Of a DNA stretch of 64,000 bases, positions 60,854 through 64,000 are shown one piece after another (position 1 is the first letter of the stretch; each line of letters begins with the position of its first letter). This DNA comes from an uncultured Verrucomicrobiae bacterium. Lineage in GTDB: Bacteria > Verrucomicrobiota > Verrucomicrobiia > Chthoniobacterales > JAFAMB01. The stretch covers positions 32,001 through 96,000 of the forward strand of contig CAVXLD010000004.1 in NCBI GenBank assembly GCA_963762565.1, in the 5' to 3' direction. The translations under genes and the position numbers were made by a program. Below the pieces are notes generated by a model. That model was not told where the DNA came from. It did not search any database and worked only from the letters and a program-made list of their open reading frames with translations.

Positions 60854-61606
60854 TCACACGCACCCAACGAGCAAATCCGCCAATCCCCGTGGATCCGTGA
60901 CAATGGCGTCGTGGCCGGTGGATAGTTCCAAGTAACGCCAGTCGGTTTGAGCCCTTACCCATTCATGTGTCGGAACTGCCGGCTCGTAAATTGGATTCGT
61001 GCAAGCAATGTAAGTTTTGCTTATGCCATTTCCGAGAGGATGCTTTAGCTGGATGGGCGCCCGATAACAGTTGACGGGGAGCGGAGTCAATTGTCGCCTC
61101 AGCCATTCAGCATCGGCCGGGTCGGTCACACCAAAGGCCTCTGGAGAAGGGGGCGGAATCGTGATGCCTCCGCTACTTTTTTCGGCGAGTTCAATCCGTC
61201 GAGCGACGATAGCCGAATCGAGTTGGCTGAAGCCGCTCTCCCCGTCTCTGAGGAGCACGGTATCGACATAAATCAGGCGCCTGAGCCGCTCCGGCAGCCG
61301 ATCCGCCACTGCCGAGACAGTATTGCCACCAAAGCTGTGCCCCACCAGAATGATATCGTTCAACTCTTCGGCCGCGATCACATTCACGATATCAGTGGCA
61401 AAATCTTCAATCGTTAAATCCGGGCGAGTCAAATGAACGCGTTCGCCGAAACCGGTCAGAGTTGGAGCAAAAACGACGTGTCCGGCTGAGCGCAGGATCG
61501 CGATTACCCGCCGCCAGCACCAGCCGCCGTGCCAGGCGCCATGTACTAAGACGAAGGTATGAGTTGAAGGCACGGCACAAAAGCAGCCAATTGGCGCTAA
61601 AGACAA
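60854..61606 (-). CDS. Alpha/beta hydrolase (methylesterase-like)
   Basis: VLVHGAWHGGWCW, GHSFGG nucleophile elbow, TGHD. Confidence 0.9.
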   Translation of the reverse strand: MSLAPIGCFCAVPSTHTFVLVHGAWHGGWCWRRVIAILRSAGHVVFAPTLTGFGERVHLTRPDLTIEDFATDIVNVIAAEELNDIILVGHSFGGNTVSAVADRLPERLRRLIYVDTVLLRDGESGFSQLDSAIVARRIELAEKSSGGITIPPPSPEAFGVTDPADAEWLRRQLTPLPVNCYRAPIQLKHPLGNGISKTYIACTNPIYEPAVPTHEWVRAQTDWRYLELSTGHDAIVTDPRGLADLLVGCV

Positions 61607-61739
61607 ATTTCACCATAAGAGAACAAAATATTTACAAAAGAACGAACTAACAAACAAAAACCACACACCAATAATCAACTTCGTTTCTCGTTGCCTTCTG
61701 TAAAAAAGTTCTTCTTGGTGTCTCGGCTCTGAAGTAAGG

Positions 61740-62036
61740 CTATTCGAAGTCGTAGACAACGACCTTGGCGAAGAGTGGTTTACACTGCTCCACGAATTCC
61801 AAGTGTTGCGGATGAACCTGGTAATCATCTTGAGCTTGTTTGCTCTCGAAGTGGATGTTCAGCGCAGCTTGGTAGGTCTCATCAACGATGTCGCGGTGGC
61901 TGGTTGCCATCTTTCCAACGTGGAAATTCACAATGCCCGGGATTGATTCCAGGTATTTCTTGGCCGCGGCGATCACCTGATCAGGAGCGTCGGGCTTGCT
62001 CGGGTCGGTCCAAAAGATCACGACGTGTGAAAACAT
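61740..62036 (-). CDS. Stress-responsive alpha/beta barrel (Dabb) protein
   Basis: MFSHVVIF, IPG, YQVHPQH, VYDF. Confidence 0.87.
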   Translation of the reverse strand: MFSHVVIFWTDPSKPDAPDQVIAAAKKYLESIPGIVNFHVGKMATSHRDIVDETYQAALNIHFESKQAQDDYQVHPQHLEFVEQCKPLFAKVVVYDFE

Positions 62037-62213
62037 CCAGCGATATACGCTGAGATGCTCTGGCAACGCAACCATTCGACAAGCTCAGGGCCGGCCCAGG
62101 CTCTTAGCCCCCGGTGTTTAAATCGTGCTCGTGCTCGTGTCGTCTAGTGCTCGAAAGAGCATGTTGCCCCTAATGTGGCTTCGAAAATGTGGACAGCTCT
62201 CGTGGAGGTTTTT

Positions 62214-62376
62214 TGTCCCGTAGGGACTAGATGATAGTAGCCTGGCAGTTTACTGCCTGGAACCGGTTAGAAAAAGGGTTACGTCCCGTTAGGGTACGGT
62301 GTGATACCGGTACAACGCTTGTCCGCACCTGCATGAGTCGAGCGACACAACCGAATCATACGTTCTACGAGACGGG
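62214..62376 (+). repeat. Probable additional palindromic element (GTCCCGTAGGGAC type)
   Basis: Hairpins GTCCCGTAGGGAC and CCTGGCAGTTTACTGCCTGG, second unit GTCCCGTTAGGGTACGG. Only one copy in the window. Confidence 0.5.
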
Positions 62377-62490
62377 CCATCTGCGTTATCTGCGTTAATC
62401 TGCAGGATATTTAATCTTCTATTTAGTCTGGGGTGAACAAGGGACTCTTAGTAAGATCGACGCGTGTACGACTGGTGTTTTCGGACGGAC

Positions 62491-63663
62491 CTAAACCAGA
62501 AGGCGCTTCGCTTCTGTATCGGTAAGACGCGGGAAGGTTGTGCCGGGAACGCCTATCTTCACGGCCCGGCCCGATTCAGCCGAGTCTATAATCCCCAGCA
62601 TTACCGCCAGCGCGTGTAACCCAAAGCGACCTGAGCACCGGTGGGGCCGGCCTTCGACTATGGCGGTTGCCATTTCCGCAAGGCCAAGCGAACGATAATT
62701 CGCTACGACTGGATTTCCTAAAGGATAGTTGATCCCTCCAAATGGCTTTTCATCTGTTTTGTGAATGAGCCAGTCTACTTGGTCGCTTGCTAACGCCACG
62801 CTGTTTGGATCGTGAATGTTCAGCAGTCTGTTATTGGCGGAAAGTTCCACGTCCCCTCCAAATGTGTCTGGATCCGGGACGCGGATTGATGCCAACGTTC
62901 CGTGCAGCTCGATCGGTCGAACCCCATGCTTCCAGACGTCCCAACTGGCCAAGAAGCTGACAATAGCTCCACTCGAGAATGTTAGTATTGTGTTCAGTGT
63001 GGTAAAGGTACCGACCGAAAAGGTCTCGCCTTTTTTAGGTCCCTCGCCGAAACGCCGCTCCACCGGGCTGATCTGGCCTACGGCTCGAACCTCACTAACT
63101 GGACCAAGAAGAGCCGTCAAAGCAGCTACATAGTACGGACCGAGATCTAACACTGGGCCAGCGCCCTTTTGATAAAACACCACCGGATTGGGGTGCCAAT
63201 GCTCCATTCCCTTGGTCATGACCGCTGCCAACCCGGTGACGATGGGACCGACACGCCCCTCATCGATCAGAGCTTTGGCAGTCTGCAGGCCAGCCCCCAG
63301 AATCGTATCCGGAGCACACCCTACCCGCAGACCCTTCGCCTCAGCCTCCTCCATCAACGCAACAGCGTCCTCAAGGGAGGTTGCCAAGGGCTTTTCACTA
63401 TAAACGTGTTTTCCAGCGGCGATCGCGGCTCGTGAAACTTCCGCGTGAGTAGCAGGCAGTGTCAGATTGAGTACAATCTCGATGTCGTCGGCGGCAAGAA
63501 GGTTCCTGACACTCGTTTCTCGCAACGAATATTTGTTAGCTAATCGTTCAGCCGCCGCAGGGTTAACGTCGGAGCATGCGACAATCTCGATATCGCGAAA
63601 GAGTTTCGCGTTTCTGACATAGATGTCTGAAATATTCCCGCAGCCGATGATACCAACACGCAT
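62491..63663 (-). CDS. Gfo/Idh/MocA family oxidoreductase
   Basis: GCGNIS, KHVYSEKP, CAPDT, WHPNP, GPVLDLGPYY. Confidence 0.9.
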   Translation of the reverse strand: MRVGIIGCGNISDIYVRNAKLFRDIEIVACSDVNPAAAERLANKYSLRETSVRNLLAADDIEIVLNLTLPATHAEVSRAAIAAGKHVYSEKPLATSLEDAVALMEEAEAKGLRVGCAPDTILGAGLQTAKALIDEGRVGPIVTGLAAVMTKGMEHWHPNPVVFYQKGAGPVLDLGPYYVAALTALLGPVSEVRAVGQISPVERRFGEGPKKGETFSVGTFTTLNTILTFSSGAIVSFLASWDVWKHGVRPIELHGTLASIRVPDPDTFGGDVELSANNRLLNIHDPNSVALASDQVDWLIHKTDEKPFGGINYPLGNPVVANYRSLGLAEMATAIVEGRPHRCSGRFGLHALAVMLGIIDSAESGRAVKIGVPGTTFPRLTDTEAKRLLV

Positions 63664-63676
63664 TTAAATTCGATTC

Positions 63677-63997
63677 GCACAGTACGGAAAGAACACAAAG
63701 GTCACAAAGACAGAAAAATCTCACGCAAAGCCGCAAAGGCGCAAAGGTTTGGGACAAAGGCGGATTTAAGCAGCAAGGAACAAACGCAGCGACAATCACT
63801 GTTCGCTATTCTTTTGTCTCTTTTCTGCGTCCGAGGAAACTTAGCCACAGAAGCCTTACACAGGAGGCAAGGGAGGAAACAGAGATCTCCGTTACCTCTG
63901 TTACCTCCTGTTGAAAATCCGTCTTCCTTTGCGTCTTTGCGTCTTTGCGTGAGATTTTTTGTCTTAATGTCCTTTGCCATCTTTCCGTATTGTGATT
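63677..63997. repeat. Three-layer nested palindrome cluster
   Basis: Outer CACAGTACGGAAAG...CTTTCCGTATTGTG; middle TCACGCAAAG.CGCAAAG...CTTTGCGTCTTTGCGTGA; inner ACAGGAGG...CCTCCTGT. Confidence 0.83.
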
Positions 63998-64000
63998 TGA

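Noticed and set aside
1..64000. tRNA, rRNA, prophage, integrase or reverse-transcriptase systems
   Set aside because: No supporting motifs seen by eye; small RNAs could have been missed without covariance searches.

Overview
Bacterial chromosomal window with about 48 protein genes and no rRNA, tRNA, CRISPR array or prophage that I can support. Gene content and repeat style suggest a soil Verrucomicrobiota (Chthoniobacterales-like) organism; this is inference. Genes include uvrA, two large TPR proteins, several transporters (SBF, KimA/YdaO-like APC, AspT-like, sugar ABC), an inositol catabolism operon, S46 and M3 peptidases, a SWIM-SNF2 helicase, an orphan parA, two paralogous aldo-keto reductases and an opp-type ABC operon. 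Two things stand out. (1) The fully coupled operon iolD-iolE-tktN-tktC-iolG-iolG-iolB lacks iolC, iolJ and iolA but embeds a split transketolase with an altered substrate-binding motif, suggesting a kinase-free transketolase route for 2-deoxy-5-keto-gluconate. (2) Many intergenic gaps hold REP/REPIN-like palindromes from several families. Their hairpin loops are expanded to a near-constant 72-77 nt of locus-specific sequence, they nest inside one another at fixed positions, and they sometimes lie in frame within signal-peptide regions. A frameshifted RAYT (TnpA-REP) gene is flanked by elements of the same long-loop design. Functional calls come from motif recognition only; no database searches were run.
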